A program made the translations under genes and the position numbers. The notes under the pieces were generated by a model, which saw only the letters and a list, made by a program, of their open reading frames with translations, was not told where the DNA came from and made no database searches. From IMG/VR virus record IMGVR_UViG_3300020020_000026, positions 18,287 to 82,286 of that record: DNA of 64,000 bases; one strand, given 5' to 3'. Below, in pieces: positions 46,959 through 55,009 of this stretch (positions are counted from its first letter, which is position 1; each line of letters opens with the position of its first letter). This DNA is from a virus.

Positions 46959-48202
46959 TACTCGACGGCCTTCTTGTAGCGATAGCTCAATTTCACTGGC
47001 TCCTCGATACCGGCCGAAGGGTTGCTGAGCGGGGCTCGATAGACGTGGCCACTGTTGTCGTCCAACTCGATGAACAGGTTTCCGAAATTACTGATCGCTG
47101 CGAACTGCGGCGCGGTCAGCGTCTGCTCTGCGGTTACGAACGTGTCGCCAATATCGGTGTGCGTCCACTCGGCAATCTCGGTCGAGCCTTCGAGCAGGCG
47201 CACCGAAAGATCGGCGCTCACGATCAGAGGCGACTGGATGAAGTCGGCGTCGTTGGCGCTCGCCTCGTCTATCGCCTGGTAGATGTTGCTGGTGCCACCG
47301 GAATGATCGGTCCAGCCATTCAACGCCGTGTCGCCGTCAGGGCGCAGATAATCCAGGGCGAGGCTGTCCGATACATCGCCAACAAATGACGCAGTGTCTT
47401 CGGCCTCGACCGCAACAAGCGGTCCGCTGAAAACCTGGTTGGCAACGGTGCCGTTGAACAGCGCAACGTCCGCCGCCTCGGTCGCCGCCAGCGGCCCCGC
47501 GCTCGTAACCGTCCCAACAAACGCCGCGATGTCCGCCGTCTCGACAACGGCCAGCGGCCCGGTAGCTGGCGCATAAACGTAGTCTGTTGTTACGAACGAG
47601 GCCTGATAGAACTGCGCGGTGCAGGAGTTGCTGGTGCCAACCGTCGTCGTCAGCCACTCGACCTGAAGAAACAGATACTCGTTTGTCAGCACGACTTGCG
47701 GCGCGGCCCACGTCACCGTGGAATTGTAGGTTGTCGTCGTCGTTGACAGCGTGATGATCGTGCCAACCAGCGTCGCTGAAGTCAGCTTGCGAGCGCTGGA
47801 CCCGTCAGCATTAACCGAAGCCCACATGATGCAGCGGACGCGACCGGCATTCGATGCCGCGCCGGTCCGCATGCCGAAGGTGAAATTCCAATTGCCCGCC
47901 GCGAACGTGCCGTTGAGCGGAGCATCGGATCGGAATGAATCGCCAGCCGTCGTCGCGGCGTTGCCGGTGCCCGGAACGGGGCGGGTCTGGGCGTCGATCC
48001 AGCTCGCCGCCTGCGCCACGGTCGAGCGCGCGGTAGCGCCGATGCGCCCGCGCCAGTACGGCGTCGTGATCGCGGTCTTGGCAACTGTCCAGCCGAAGGC
48101 GCTGAGCGCACCGGCAGGCGCGGTGCCGTTATCCTGGACCTTGCCAAACCAGTCTGGCGCGGTGGCTGCGGTGTTCAGCAGATAGATGGTCTGGATCGCC
48201 AT
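46958..48202 (-). CDS. Structural protein with EAADxAxFxG repeats
   Basis: Shares repeat with 43174-44763; LRPDGD motif. Confidence 0.7.
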   Translation of the reverse strand: MAIQTIYLLNTAATAPDWFGKVQDNGTAPAGALSAFGWTVAKTAITTPYWRGRIGATARSTVAQAASWIDAQTRPVPGTGNAATTAGDSFRSDAPLNGTFAAGNWNFTFGMRTGAASNAGRVRCIMWASVNADGSSARKLTSATLVGTIITLSTTTTTYNSTVTWAAPQVVLTNEYLFLQVEWLTTTVGTSNSCTAQFYQASFVTTDYVYAPATGPLAVVETADIAAFVGTVTSAGPLAATEAADVALFNGTVANQVFSGPLVAVEAEDTASFVGDVSDSLALDYLRPDGDTALNGWTDHSGGTSNIYQAIDEASANDADFIQSPLIVSADLSVRLLEGSTEIAEWTHTDIGDTFVTAEQTLTAPQFAAISNFGNLFIELDDNSGHVYRAPLSNPSAGIEEPVKLSYRYKKAVE

Positions 48203-48451
48203 CTAGTCCACCCAGGCGAAGCTGAAGGTGCAGCGGTCGTAATCCTTGATATGAACCGGGTCGCTCGGCCACACTGAACACCCGCGCGCCCAGTAGGTAT
48301 CGACCGTGCCGTGGATCGAGCAGAGCCGCTCGCCGCCAGCTTCGGGTTTCAAATACGGACAGGCACCGTCATGCTGTTCGGGCAAGCCGTCAATGCCGCC
48401 TCGGCAGCATTGGCCGCAGCGGCAACATTCGCCAGACCGCACCCATGCCAT
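48203..48451 (-). CDS. CxxCxxCC (YkgJ-like) Cys-cluster protein
   Basis: CCRCGQCC...CPYL...CSIH...CSVWP. Confidence 0.7.
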   Translation of the reverse strand: MAWVRSGECCRCGQCCRGGIDGLPEQHDGACPYLKPEAGGERLCSIHGTVDTYWARGCSVWPSDPVHIKDYDRCTFSFAWVD

Positions 48452-48455
48452 GCTC

Positions 48456-48839
48456 TCATGCCGCGTGCTGGATCGTGCCGCTCGTCAGCGTGACAGTCTG
48501 ACCGGCCGAGATGGTGGTGCTGTTGAGCTGGATGTCGCCCGTGCCGACGCCAACCGTGAGGCCCTGGACAACAACCGTGCCGGTGCTGTCCTTGATGCGC
48601 GCGATGGCCGCCGTGCCGGAATTGTCCGCCGCCGTGTCGGTCATGCCCGGCGTGTTGTCGAAGGTGAGCATGTCACCCGACACTGTTGCGCTCGGGTCTT
48701 GCAACGTGATGGTTGCCAGCACCAGCGCATAAGCCGCCGTGCAAATCTCGATGTAGCCCGCCGCAGGACCGCCATCGATAGCGGTGACGACCGCGTTCAT
48801 GCGAGTGGTTTTGAGTGCAGCACTGTAGTTAACCGCCAA
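48456..48839 (-). CDS. Small structural protein (paralog A)
   Basis: AGGAGG-TTG start; ARIKDSTG, GDIQLNS. Confidence 0.75.
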   Translation of the reverse strand: MAVNYSAALKTTRMNAVVTAIDGGPAAGYIEICTAAYALVLATITLQDPSATVSGDMLTFDNTPGMTDTAADNSGTAAIARIKDSTGTVVVQGLTVGVGTGDIQLNSTTISAGQTVTLTSGTIQHAA

Positions 48840-48854
48840 GGTCGCCTCCTTTGA

Positions 48855-49232
48855 TTAAGCCGGTGCCGCGTATGTCATCGATGTCAACGACACTTGCTGC
48901 CCGGCCGAGATGTTGACGCTGTTCAACTGGATATCGCCGCCGCCGCCGGTCGCCGTAACTGAGCAAGCGAACACCTCGACGCCGGTACTGTCTTTCGCGC
49001 GTGCCTTGGCGATGGTGCCGCCGGTCGCGCTGGCATCGGCCACGATGGGGTTGGCAGTTGCCACGCCACTGACCGCAGCGGCGAACGCCGGATCGGCGAA
49101 CGTCAGCGTCGCGACCTCCACGTCGCCTGCGGTCTGAAATTCGAGCGTGCCTGGCCCGGACCCGGCGTCGATGCGCAGCACGACGAGATTTGCGATAGCG
49201 GTTCGAACGACAGCGGGATGAGTTACCGCCAT
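48855..49232 (-). CDS. Small structural protein (paralog B)
   Basis: ARAKDSTG, GDIQLNS. Confidence 0.75.
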   Translation of the reverse strand: MAVTHPAVVRTAIANLVVLRIDAGSGPGTLEFQTAGDVEVATLTFADPAFAAAVSGVATANPIVADASATGGTIAKARAKDSTGVEVFACSVTATGGGGDIQLNSVNISAGQQVSLTSMTYAAPA

Positions 49233-49235
49233 GAG

Positions 49236-49445
49236 TTACTCCCTTCCGATGACGGCGGAATCAGCCCCGCCCAATACGATCAGCCCGGCCTCGATCCAGT
49301 CCGGTATCAGCGAGCGCAGCAAGCGATCCTCGGCGCTGGCCAGGTAGGTGAGCCCGGCGACGTACTCGCTGTGCGTCGCCTCGCTATAGAAGCTTTCGAC
49401 CACGGTGAAGCTGGCCGGGCCGTTGAACAGGGCGATTTCAGCCAC
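49236..49445 (-). CDS. Hypothetical protein
   Basis: AGGAG RBS; first gene of the minus-strand unit left of the inserted block. Confidence 0.6.
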   Translation of the reverse strand: MAEIALFNGPASFTVVESFYSEATHSEYVAGLTYLASAEDRLLRSLIPDWIEAGLIVLGGADSAVIGRE

Positions 49446-49507
49446 GGCTAATTTCTCCTGTGCTTTCAGCGGGTTGCGCCCACAGAAAAAAGATCGAAAA
49501 TAGTTGC

Positions 49508-49544
49508 TATGTCCCCTTGACGTATAGGCTCACTTGCCCTATGT
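49508..49544 (+). promoter_or_regulatory. Repeated promoter/tandem operator, copy 5
   Basis: TATGTC-CCCTT-GACGTA plus TAGG-N9-CCTA; CTTGAC-N17-CTATGT. Confidence 0.88.
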
Positions 49545-49654
49545 AGGGGATGGAAGGAACGGAGCGCCTCCCCCGCCCTCGGGAGCCACGCGAGACTAGG
49601 GGCAGAAACGCCCGGCCAGAGCGGTAAATCTGGCCTCCAATTCGGAGGCACAAA

Positions 49655-50128
49655 ATGACCCGGAAACTTCTCTTCGAGAGCAAGACATGCTCCCGCTGCG
49701 GCGGAAGCGGCAAGTTCTCCTGGTGCCAGATGCACGGCGATATGTGCTTCAAGTGCCACGGCGACGGTGTGGTCCTCACCAAGAAAGGTCGCGCCGCCCA
49801 GGTCTGGCTCAACGCCAAAAAGCGGAAGCGCCTGGGCGAGGTCGCGGTCGGCGACTGGGTCTTGAGCGAAGGCATCGCAGGCTTTTCCGCTTCCTTCTGG
49901 GTCAAGATCGACGCCATCGAAGGCGCGGGCGCAGAGCTGAAAGCCACCGGCCTGAACAAGCGCGGCGAGCGGCACGGCTGGCAGGGCGACATGGAAGTCC
50001 AGATTTTCAAGGGCAAGGCCTGGGCCGCCGAGCTGGCCAAGGAAGCCCTCGCCTTCCAGGAGACGCTGACAAAAACCGGAACGGTTCGGAAGGTGAAAGC
50101 GAAAAAGAAGGAAGCGGAGGCAGCATGA
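49655..50128 (+). CDS. DnaJ-type Zn-finger (CxxCxGxG) protein
   Basis: CSRCGGSG...CFKCHGDG. Confidence 0.75.
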   Translation: MTRKLLFESKTCSRCGGSGKFSWCQMHGDMCFKCHGDGVVLTKKGRAAQVWLNAKKRKRLGEVAVGDWVLSEGIAGFSASFWVKIDAIEGAGAELKATGLNKRGERHGWQGDMEVQIFKGKAWAAELAKEALAFQETLTKTGTVRKVKAKKKEAEAA

Positions 50129-50487
50129 TCAAGGTTCGATACATCACCCTCGACGGCGTCAACAAGCTGCGCAAGTTCAAGACCCTCGCGGGCGCGCGGA
50201 AGTTCGCACTGGAATGGGTTGGCCCGCAGGATGTCGAAGGCGGCTACTACGCGGTCAGCGACGACGGGGTCGGCAAGGTCACCTGGCAGGGCTGCACCCG
50301 CCGGGAGCTATTCGGGGACAACGAACCGGACCAGATCGACGCCGCCTACAAGGCCGACAAGGCCGCGCTCGACGCCGCTTATGCCAAGGCTGTCGCCAGC
50401 GGCTCACAGGCCGACAACGAATTTTACCTCGCCCTCAAGGCTGAGTTCGACTGGACCTACGAGCCATCCAAAGGAATGAACCAATGA
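50125..50487 (+). CDS. Hypothetical protein
   Basis: GGAGG RBS; MIKVRYITLDG. Confidence 0.7.
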   Translation: MIKVRYITLDGVNKLRKFKTLAGARKFALEWVGPQDVEGGYYAVSDDGVGKVTWQGCTRRELFGDNEPDQIDAAYKADKAALDAAYAKAVASGSQADNEFYLALKAEFDWTYEPSKGMNQ

Positions 50488-50675
50488 GCCGAAACGAACC
50501 GCGACCCTGCCCATGCGGCAGCGGACTCGACAGCTACTGGCAGTTTGACGCCAGAGGAATCGAGTTGTGCCGTGCCTGCCCGAAGTGCCGGAAGGCGAAG
50601 CTGGCCCGCTACCGGAAAGAGGTGCTGACCGACAGCGCCTACCAGGCGGACGAGCCGATAGAGCCGCAGGACTGA
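50484..50675 (+). CDS. CPCGSG (SEC-C-like) Zn protein
   Basis: CPCGSG...DARGI..CRACPKC. Confidence 0.7.
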   Translation: MSRNEPRPCPCGSGLDSYWQFDARGIELCRACPKCRKAKLARYRKEVLTDSAYQADEPIEPQD

Positions 50676-50697
50676 AGTCCTGTAACATATCGTGATC

Positions 50698-50734
50698 TAC
50701 GTCCCCTGGACATATAGGTCCGATTGCCCTATAT
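50698..50734 (+). promoter_or_regulatory. Repeated promoter/tandem operator, copy 6
   Basis: TACGTC-CCCTG-GACATA plus TAGG-N9-CCTA; CTGGAC-N17-CTATAT. Confidence 0.88.
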
Positions 50735-50787
50735 GAAGGGTGAAGGGAAGGGCCGCCCCGGCCTCCCCAGTGAGAAGGAACCCCGCC

Positions 50788-51066
50788 ATGGCATTCGCCC
50801 CCTACGCAGCCTGCGTGAAGAAGATGGTTTGCGGTGGCTTCAGAACTGCCCCCGGCCATTGGTTCGAATATGCCAAGCCGGAAGCGGGCGAGTTCCTCCC
50901 CTTCCCCGGCTACGAGATGAAGGTGTTCGTCGGCCCGGTCGAGGGCGAGTTCCGGTGGGCCAAGGTCGTCGCCACCCGCGCCTACGTAGTGGTGGAAGAG
51001 GCGGCCGGTGGTGAGCCGGTGGTCGAGAAGTGGGCGATCAAGGGCCACAAAAAATACGCGGTATGA
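50788..51066 (+). CDS. Hypothetical protein
   Basis: AAGGA RBS; stop codon inside the next operator. Confidence 0.7.
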   Translation: MAFAPYAACVKKMVCGGFRTAPGHWFEYAKPEAGEFLPFPGYEMKVFVGPVEGEFRWAKVVATRAYVVVEEAAGGEPVVEKWAIKGHKKYAV

Positions 51067-51098
51067 CCCATTGACATATAGGCCTAGTTGCCCTATGT
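51062..51098 (+). promoter_or_regulatory. Repeated promoter/tandem operator, copy 7
   Basis: TATGAC-CCATT-GACATA plus TAGG-N9-CCTA; ATTGAC-N17-CTATGT. Confidence 0.85.
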
Positions 51099-51123
51099 AG
51101 GGTGTGAAGGAAGGAGACAAGTC

Positions 51124-51288
51124 ATGAAGAGCTACTGGACCTACCGCGCCGCGTCACCCACGCCGGAATATCACGAAGTGCCGGAAGGCGCTTTCAAAGG
51201 GAGCGAAAAGGAGTGGCACGCTTTCTCCCCCGGAATGCGCCGCGAGATTGTCCGCTCGTTCAAGAAAAAGATGTCTACGTCCACTTGA
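51124..51288 (+). CDS. Hypothetical small protein
   Basis: AAGGAG RBS; stop codon is the TGA of the next -35. Confidence 0.7.
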   Translation: MKSYWTYRAASPTPEYHEVPEGAFKGSEKEWHAFSPGMRREIVRSFKKKMSTST

Positions 51289-51312
51289 CATATAGGCTGA
51301 TCTGACCTATCT
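51276..51312 (+). promoter_or_regulatory. Repeated promoter/tandem operator, copy 8
   Basis: TACGTC-CACTT-GACATA plus TAGG-N9-CCTA; CTTGAC-N17-CTATCT. Confidence 0.88.
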
Positions 51313-51363
51313 ACAGTGTGAAGGGAAGCGGTGGTCGCCTCCCGAAAGAAAGGAGCCTCTCTC

Positions 51364-51777
51364 ATGTATCTCGCGGAATTCAAACCGGCCGGTGCCAAGG
51401 GCGCAGCCGCCAAATTCGAAGCGGCGCTCGTCAAGGCAATCGAGGCCGGTATGGCGGCCGGTGCCGGTAACAAACCCCGCGCCATGGTCGTCCAGGAGAT
51501 GGTCGGCATGACCAGCGAGGTCAAACAGTCCTGGTACGAGAGCGAGGGAGCCTGCGGGTTCGCTTGGGTCAACGTCGCCCCCGGCAATTCGCCCTTTGCG
51601 AACTGGTTGAAGAAAGCCGGTCTCGCCAGAAAGTCCTACTACGGCGGGGTCGATATCTGGATCAGCGACTTCGGGCAGAGCGTGGACCGCAAGGAAGCCT
51701 GCGCGAGCGCGATGGCCAAGTGCCTCCAGATGGAGCTGGGAATGTCCAGCATCTCCTCGATGAGCCGGTTGGACTAA
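51364..51777 (+). CDS. Conserved phage hypothetical protein (G.CGFAWV)
   Basis: AAGGAG RBS; CGFAWVNV...QSVDRKEA...SRLD. Confidence 0.8.
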   Translation: MYLAEFKPAGAKGAAAKFEAALVKAIEAGMAAGAGNKPRAMVVQEMVGMTSEVKQSWYESEGACGFAWVNVAPGNSPFANWLKKAGLARKSYYGGVDIWISDFGQSVDRKEACASAMAKCLQMELGMSSISSMSRLD

Positions 51778-51826
51778 CGGATCAACCAACGGGGGCCGCC
51801 CTCGCGGTCCCCAGAAAGGAACGGAA

Positions 51827-52021
51827 GTGAAGAAGCGCAAGACCAAGGCCGAGAAAATGGCCGAGATGGATGTCCAAGCCGCGATCTACGGCCTCGTCAT
51901 CCCGATGATGAGCATCCCGCCGATGTACAAAGCGATGAAGGCGGCGGCGATGGAAGGCAAGTCCAAAGCAGAGCTGCGCGCAATCGCCGCCAGCTACCCC
52001 GGAGTAAAGGAGAGCGCGTGA
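51827..52021 (+). CDS. Hypothetical small protein
   Basis: AAGGA RBS, GTG start. Confidence 0.6.
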   Translation: MKKRKTKAEKMAEMDVQAAIYGLVIPMMSIPPMYKAMKAAAMEGKSKAELRAIAASYPGVKESA

Positions 52022-52257
52022 TGCACAAGGTTGTCCCCTACGCCTACTGGCGCGACCCGGCCACCGGCCAGGCTTTCTCGATCTACACCGCCTGGAAGCC
52101 GGATGGCTGCGTCCTCGAAACCAAGGGCTACACCATCGCCTGGAGCGATGGCACCAGCGGCACCGGACGCCCGGCATTCGAAACCGAAGCCGAAGCGGAG
52201 GCCTACCTCGCCAAGGTGCCCAAGGGATTTCGCGGAATGAGCATGGTGGCGTCATGA
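52018..52257 (+). CDS. Hypothetical small protein
   Basis: AAGGAG RBS; overlaps neighbours. Confidence 0.65.
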   Translation: MMHKVVPYAYWRDPATGQAFSIYTAWKPDGCVLETKGYTIAWSDGTSGTGRPAFETEAEAEAYLAKVPKGFRGMSMVAS

Positions 52258-52442
52258 CCTACAAAGTCAGCGACATCGCCCACGAAACGCCGCGCCACGT
52301 TGTGTTGCGTGTCGCCAAGGGCTTCGAGGTTTACCAGCGCGGTACGTGCGCCATGACCCGCTGCGCCACCATCGGATTCAAGGGCGAGGAGGGACTCAAG
52401 CGCGCCGTCGCGGAAGTCGAGCGCAGGGAGAGAGCGAAGTGA
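52254..52442 (+). CDS. Hypothetical small protein
   Basis: ATGA overlap. Confidence 0.6.
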   Translation: MTYKVSDIAHETPRHVVLRVAKGFEVYQRGTCAMTRCATIGFKGEEGLKRAVAEVERRERAK

Positions 52443-52684
52443 GCCAATACGACGAAGACTTCGACGCGGGCAAGCGCGCAGCCGCGCGCGAGCTGCAGCC
52501 CCTGGTCGATGCGATCAGCGACGCGATCTTCATGTTCAACGACATCGGCAAGGCGCGACAGCTCCCCGCCACGTCCCAGGCCGTCAACCAGTACGTCCAG
52601 ATGGGCAAGCAACTGGAGCGGTGCCTGCGCCTGTCCCCGCTTCGGCATTTGATCCCAGAACGGAAAGAGGATACGTCCACTTGA
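52439..52684 (+). CDS. Hypothetical small protein
   Basis: GTGA overlap; stop codon is the TGA of the next -35. Confidence 0.6.
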   Translation: MSQYDEDFDAGKRAAARELQPLVDAISDAIFMFNDIGKARQLPATSQAVNQYVQMGKQLERCLRLSPLRHLIPERKEDTST

Positions 52685-52708
52685 CGTACAGGGCCAGGTG
52701 CCCTATAT
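52672..52708 (+). promoter_or_regulatory. Repeated promoter/tandem operator, copy 9
   Basis: TACGTC-CACTT-GACGTA plus CAGG-N9-CCTA; CTTGAC-N17-CTATAT. Confidence 0.88.
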
Positions 52709-52723
52709 CTAGTTCGAAAGGAG

Positions 52724-53233
52724 GTGGTTCCCGTGTTGGTCGAGAAGGCCCACGCCTTCGCCAAAGTGGCGCACGCGGGGGTTACGAGAATGGGCTCCGG
52801 TGAGCCCTATGTGGAACACGTCGAAAGGGTCGCCATGACGCTGACGTGGCTTGGGTTCCCTGAGCATGTCATCGCCGCCGCATACCTCCACGACGTAGTC
52901 GAGGACGCGGGCGTCAGCTCTGAGGAGCTGGCCGAGAAGTTCAGCCCGGAGGTCGCCGCCCTGGTGGCGGAGGTCACCAACCCGGTGCTGCCCAAGGCCC
53001 CAGGAAACCGCGCCTGGAGAAAGAGCGAGGAGGTCAAGCACCTCGCCAAGGCGAGCTACTACGGGGCCTCCCTGAAGCTCGCGGACATGCTGGACAACTC
53101 CAGCAACGTCAGAACCAACGCCCCGGAATTCGCAAAAACCTACCTCCCGGTGCTGGCCGCCAAGCTGGAGGTACTCGGCCACGGGCACCCGGAACTCTAC
53201 GCCAGGGTCAAGGCCAACATCACGAAAGCGTGA
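52724..53233 (+). CDS. HD-domain small alarmone hydrolase-like protein (Mesh1/SpoT HD)
   Basis: AHAG..R..SGEPY..H...VA, AAYLHDVVED, V.EVT, KLAD.LDN. Confidence 0.88.
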   Translation: MVPVLVEKAHAFAKVAHAGVTRMGSGEPYVEHVERVAMTLTWLGFPEHVIAAAYLHDVVEDAGVSSEELAEKFSPEVAALVAEVTNPVLPKAPGNRAWRKSEEVKHLAKASYYGASLKLADMLDNSSNVRTNAPEFAKTYLPVLAAKLEVLGHGHPELYARVKANITKA

Positions 53234-53235
53234 TA

Positions 53236-53272
53236 TACGTCCCCTGGACATATAGGCTTCTATGTCCTATAT
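53236..53272 (+). promoter_or_regulatory. Repeated promoter/tandem operator, copy 10
   Basis: TACGTC-CCCTG-GACATA plus TAGG-N9-CCTA; CTGGAC-N17-CTATAT. Confidence 0.88.
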
Positions 53273-53297
53273 CTCTCTTGTTGGAGAGGAGAGAGAA

Positions 53298-53387
53298 ATG
53301 ACCGCCGTGTTGAAGACCAAGACTTTCTGGGTGGAGCAAACCTTCGGATGGTTCGTCACCGCCACCTGGTTCTACTGGTTCTATTGA
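53298..53387 (+). CDS. 29-aa aromatic-rich peptide
   Basis: GAGGAG RBS; MTAVLKTKTFWVEQTFGWFVTATWFYWFY. Confidence 0.55.
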   Translation: MTAVLKTKTFWVEQTFGWFVTATWFYWFY

Positions 53388-53397
53388 GGAGGTTCGA

Positions 53398-53691
53398 ATG
53401 AACTGGAATCGCGAAGACGATCACCTGGCCACCCCGGCCGAAGCGGTCGCTGAGTTCGCCCGCAACATCGGCGGCGAGTACCCGGATCGCGCCTGGTTGC
53501 TGCACGACTGGGACGTTTGGGTCGCCAACCCCCACTACAAGGGACCACCGGTCCCGCACCCGGAAGACTACGACCCGGAGGAGGGCTCGGAAGCCCCAGG
53601 CTTCGATGATCCCTCCCGCGCGGACGAGTTCAAGTCGGACGGCCCCGCCGAGATGGACGACAACCCAGGTGACGACGAAATCCCATTTTAA
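53398..53691 (+). CDS. Acidic protein ending DDEIPF
   Basis: GAGGAGG RBS; NPHYKGPPVPHPED core; SSB-Ct-like tail. Confidence 0.75.
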   Translation: MNWNREDDHLATPAEAVAEFARNIGGEYPDRAWLLHDWDVWVANPHYKGPPVPHPEDYDPEEGSEAPGFDDPSRADEFKSDGPAEMDDNPGDDEIPF

Positions 53692-53696
53692 TTCGC

Positions 53697-53733
53697 TACG
53701 TCCCCTTGACATATAGGCTACAAAGCCCTATGT
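53697..53733 (+). promoter_or_regulatory. Repeated promoter/tandem operator, copy 11
   Basis: TACGTC-CCCTT-GACATA plus TAGG-N9-CCTA; CTTGAC-N17-CTATGT. Confidence 0.88.
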
Positions 53734-53761
53734 ATGGTGTGAGGAAAGAGGAGAAAGTCAA

Positions 53762-54331
53762 ATGCGCCGGATGATGATGCCACGCGAATCCTACTACCCC
53801 AGAGACGGCAGCGCCCGCCCGGTCGATTGCGGCGGCACCGATGCCAGCGTCTTCGTCTACGAGAAGGCCGACAAGGTCTACGCCATCGCCTTCCACGGCA
53901 AGGCCACCAAGCCAGACTGGCACCACAGCTTCCGCAAGGAAGCGGACCGCGAGGAGTACATCGCCAAGTTCATCGCCGGTCGCAAGGCCCACGCGGAGTA
54001 CATGACCAAACGCAAGGCCGAGAAAGAGAAACCGCACACGCTCAAGGTGGGCGACATCCTCTCCAGCTCCTGGGGCTACGACCAGACCAACATCGACTAC
54101 TACCAGGTGACGCGGGTGCCCGGCCCGATGTCGGTCGAGATCACGCGGATCGCCGCAGACTCCGGACCGGAGGTCGGCTTCATGACCGCCTACTGCAAGG
54201 CCGCCCCCGGCAAGTTCATCGGCAAGCCGATGATCAAGCGCGCCAACTCCACCAACTGCGTGCGGATCGCCAGCTACGCCAGCGCCTCGCCCTGGGATGG
54301 CAAAGAGGATCGCTACTCCTGGTACGCCTGA
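53762..54331 (+). CDS. Conserved phage hypothetical protein (VGDIL.SSWGYDQTN.D.YQV)
   Basis: GAGGAG RBS; 189 aa. Confidence 0.8.
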   Translation: MRRMMMPRESYYPRDGSARPVDCGGTDASVFVYEKADKVYAIAFHGKATKPDWHHSFRKEADREEYIAKFIAGRKAHAEYMTKRKAEKEKPHTLKVGDILSSSWGYDQTNIDYYQVTRVPGPMSVEITRIAADSGPEVGFMTAYCKAAPGKFIGKPMIKRANSTNCVRIASYASASPWDGKEDRYSWYA

Positions 54332-54382
54332 GCGGTTTACCAATCGTTGGTAAACCCAACCCCCGAAAGGAGAACCACTGAA

Positions 54383-54598
54383 ATGAAAACCTACCGCCTC
54401 GGCTCATCGGACTTCGTCTACGCGCCCGGCATGATCCGCTGGGCCATCAACGGGGCTCACTTCCCCAAGGACCGCCCGAAGATGGTCGAGGTCGTCGCGA
54501 GCTGGGGTGTCCCCAAGAAAGCGGCGCGGGCTCTCGTCACCGGCAAGGTGCCCTACAAGGTCGAGGGCGAAACCGTCGTCTTCAGCGTGAAGGAGTAA
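54383..54598 (+). CDS. Hypothetical small protein
   Basis: AAGGAG RBS; MKTYRLGSS. Confidence 0.65.
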   Translation: MKTYRLGSSDFVYAPGMIRWAINGAHFPKDRPKMVEVVASWGVPKKAARALVTGKVPYKVEGETVVFSVKE

Positions 54599-54602
54599 AC
54601 CA

Positions 54603-54827
54603 ATGGGCTACGCCCTCGCAACGTCTACCTGTTTCGGATGCCGCCGGTTGTTCTCGTACAATCCGGTGCGCGTCCCCAGCATCCGCGATCCGAATACCGG
54701 CACCAAGGAGCCGGTCTGCTTTAGCTGCATCACGCGCGCGAACGTGAAACGCAAGGCGAAGGGGCTCGACCCGCTGGTCCCGCACCCGATGGCCTACGAG
54801 CCGTGCGACGAATCGGAGCTGTCATGA
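54603..54827 (+). CDS. Small Zn-finger protein (CxxC..F..NP..VPS...CxxC)
   Basis: AAGGAG RBS. Confidence 0.7.
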   Translation: MGYALATSTCFGCRRLFSYNPVRVPSIRDPNTGTKEPVCFSCITRANVKRKAKGLDPLVPHPMAYEPCDESELS

Positions 54828-55009
54828 AACGTGACCCGCTTACCTCCCGCTACTCGGTCTGCCTGGTCGGCAACGGCTACTCGGTCGAGGACCGCAGGAC
54901 CGGCAAGCGCCTGGCCTACTTCGCCTCGCGCGGGGCCGCAGAGCGCGAGGCGCAGCGCCTGAGCGAGGTCGTCGTGGAAATGAAACGCAAAGAGGAGAAA
55001 AACGAATGA
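54824..55009 (+). CDS. Hypothetical small protein
   Basis: ATGA overlap. Confidence 0.6.
   Translation: MKRDPLTSRYSVCLVGNGYSVEDRRTGKRLAYFASRGAAEREAQRLSEVVVEMKRKEEKNE

Noticed and set aside
49508-53733. CRISPR array or integron attC array for the repeated motif
   Set aside because: Spacing is irregular (0.2-1.4 kb), the repeats are degenerate and match promoter geometry, and no cas or integron integrase gene is in the window
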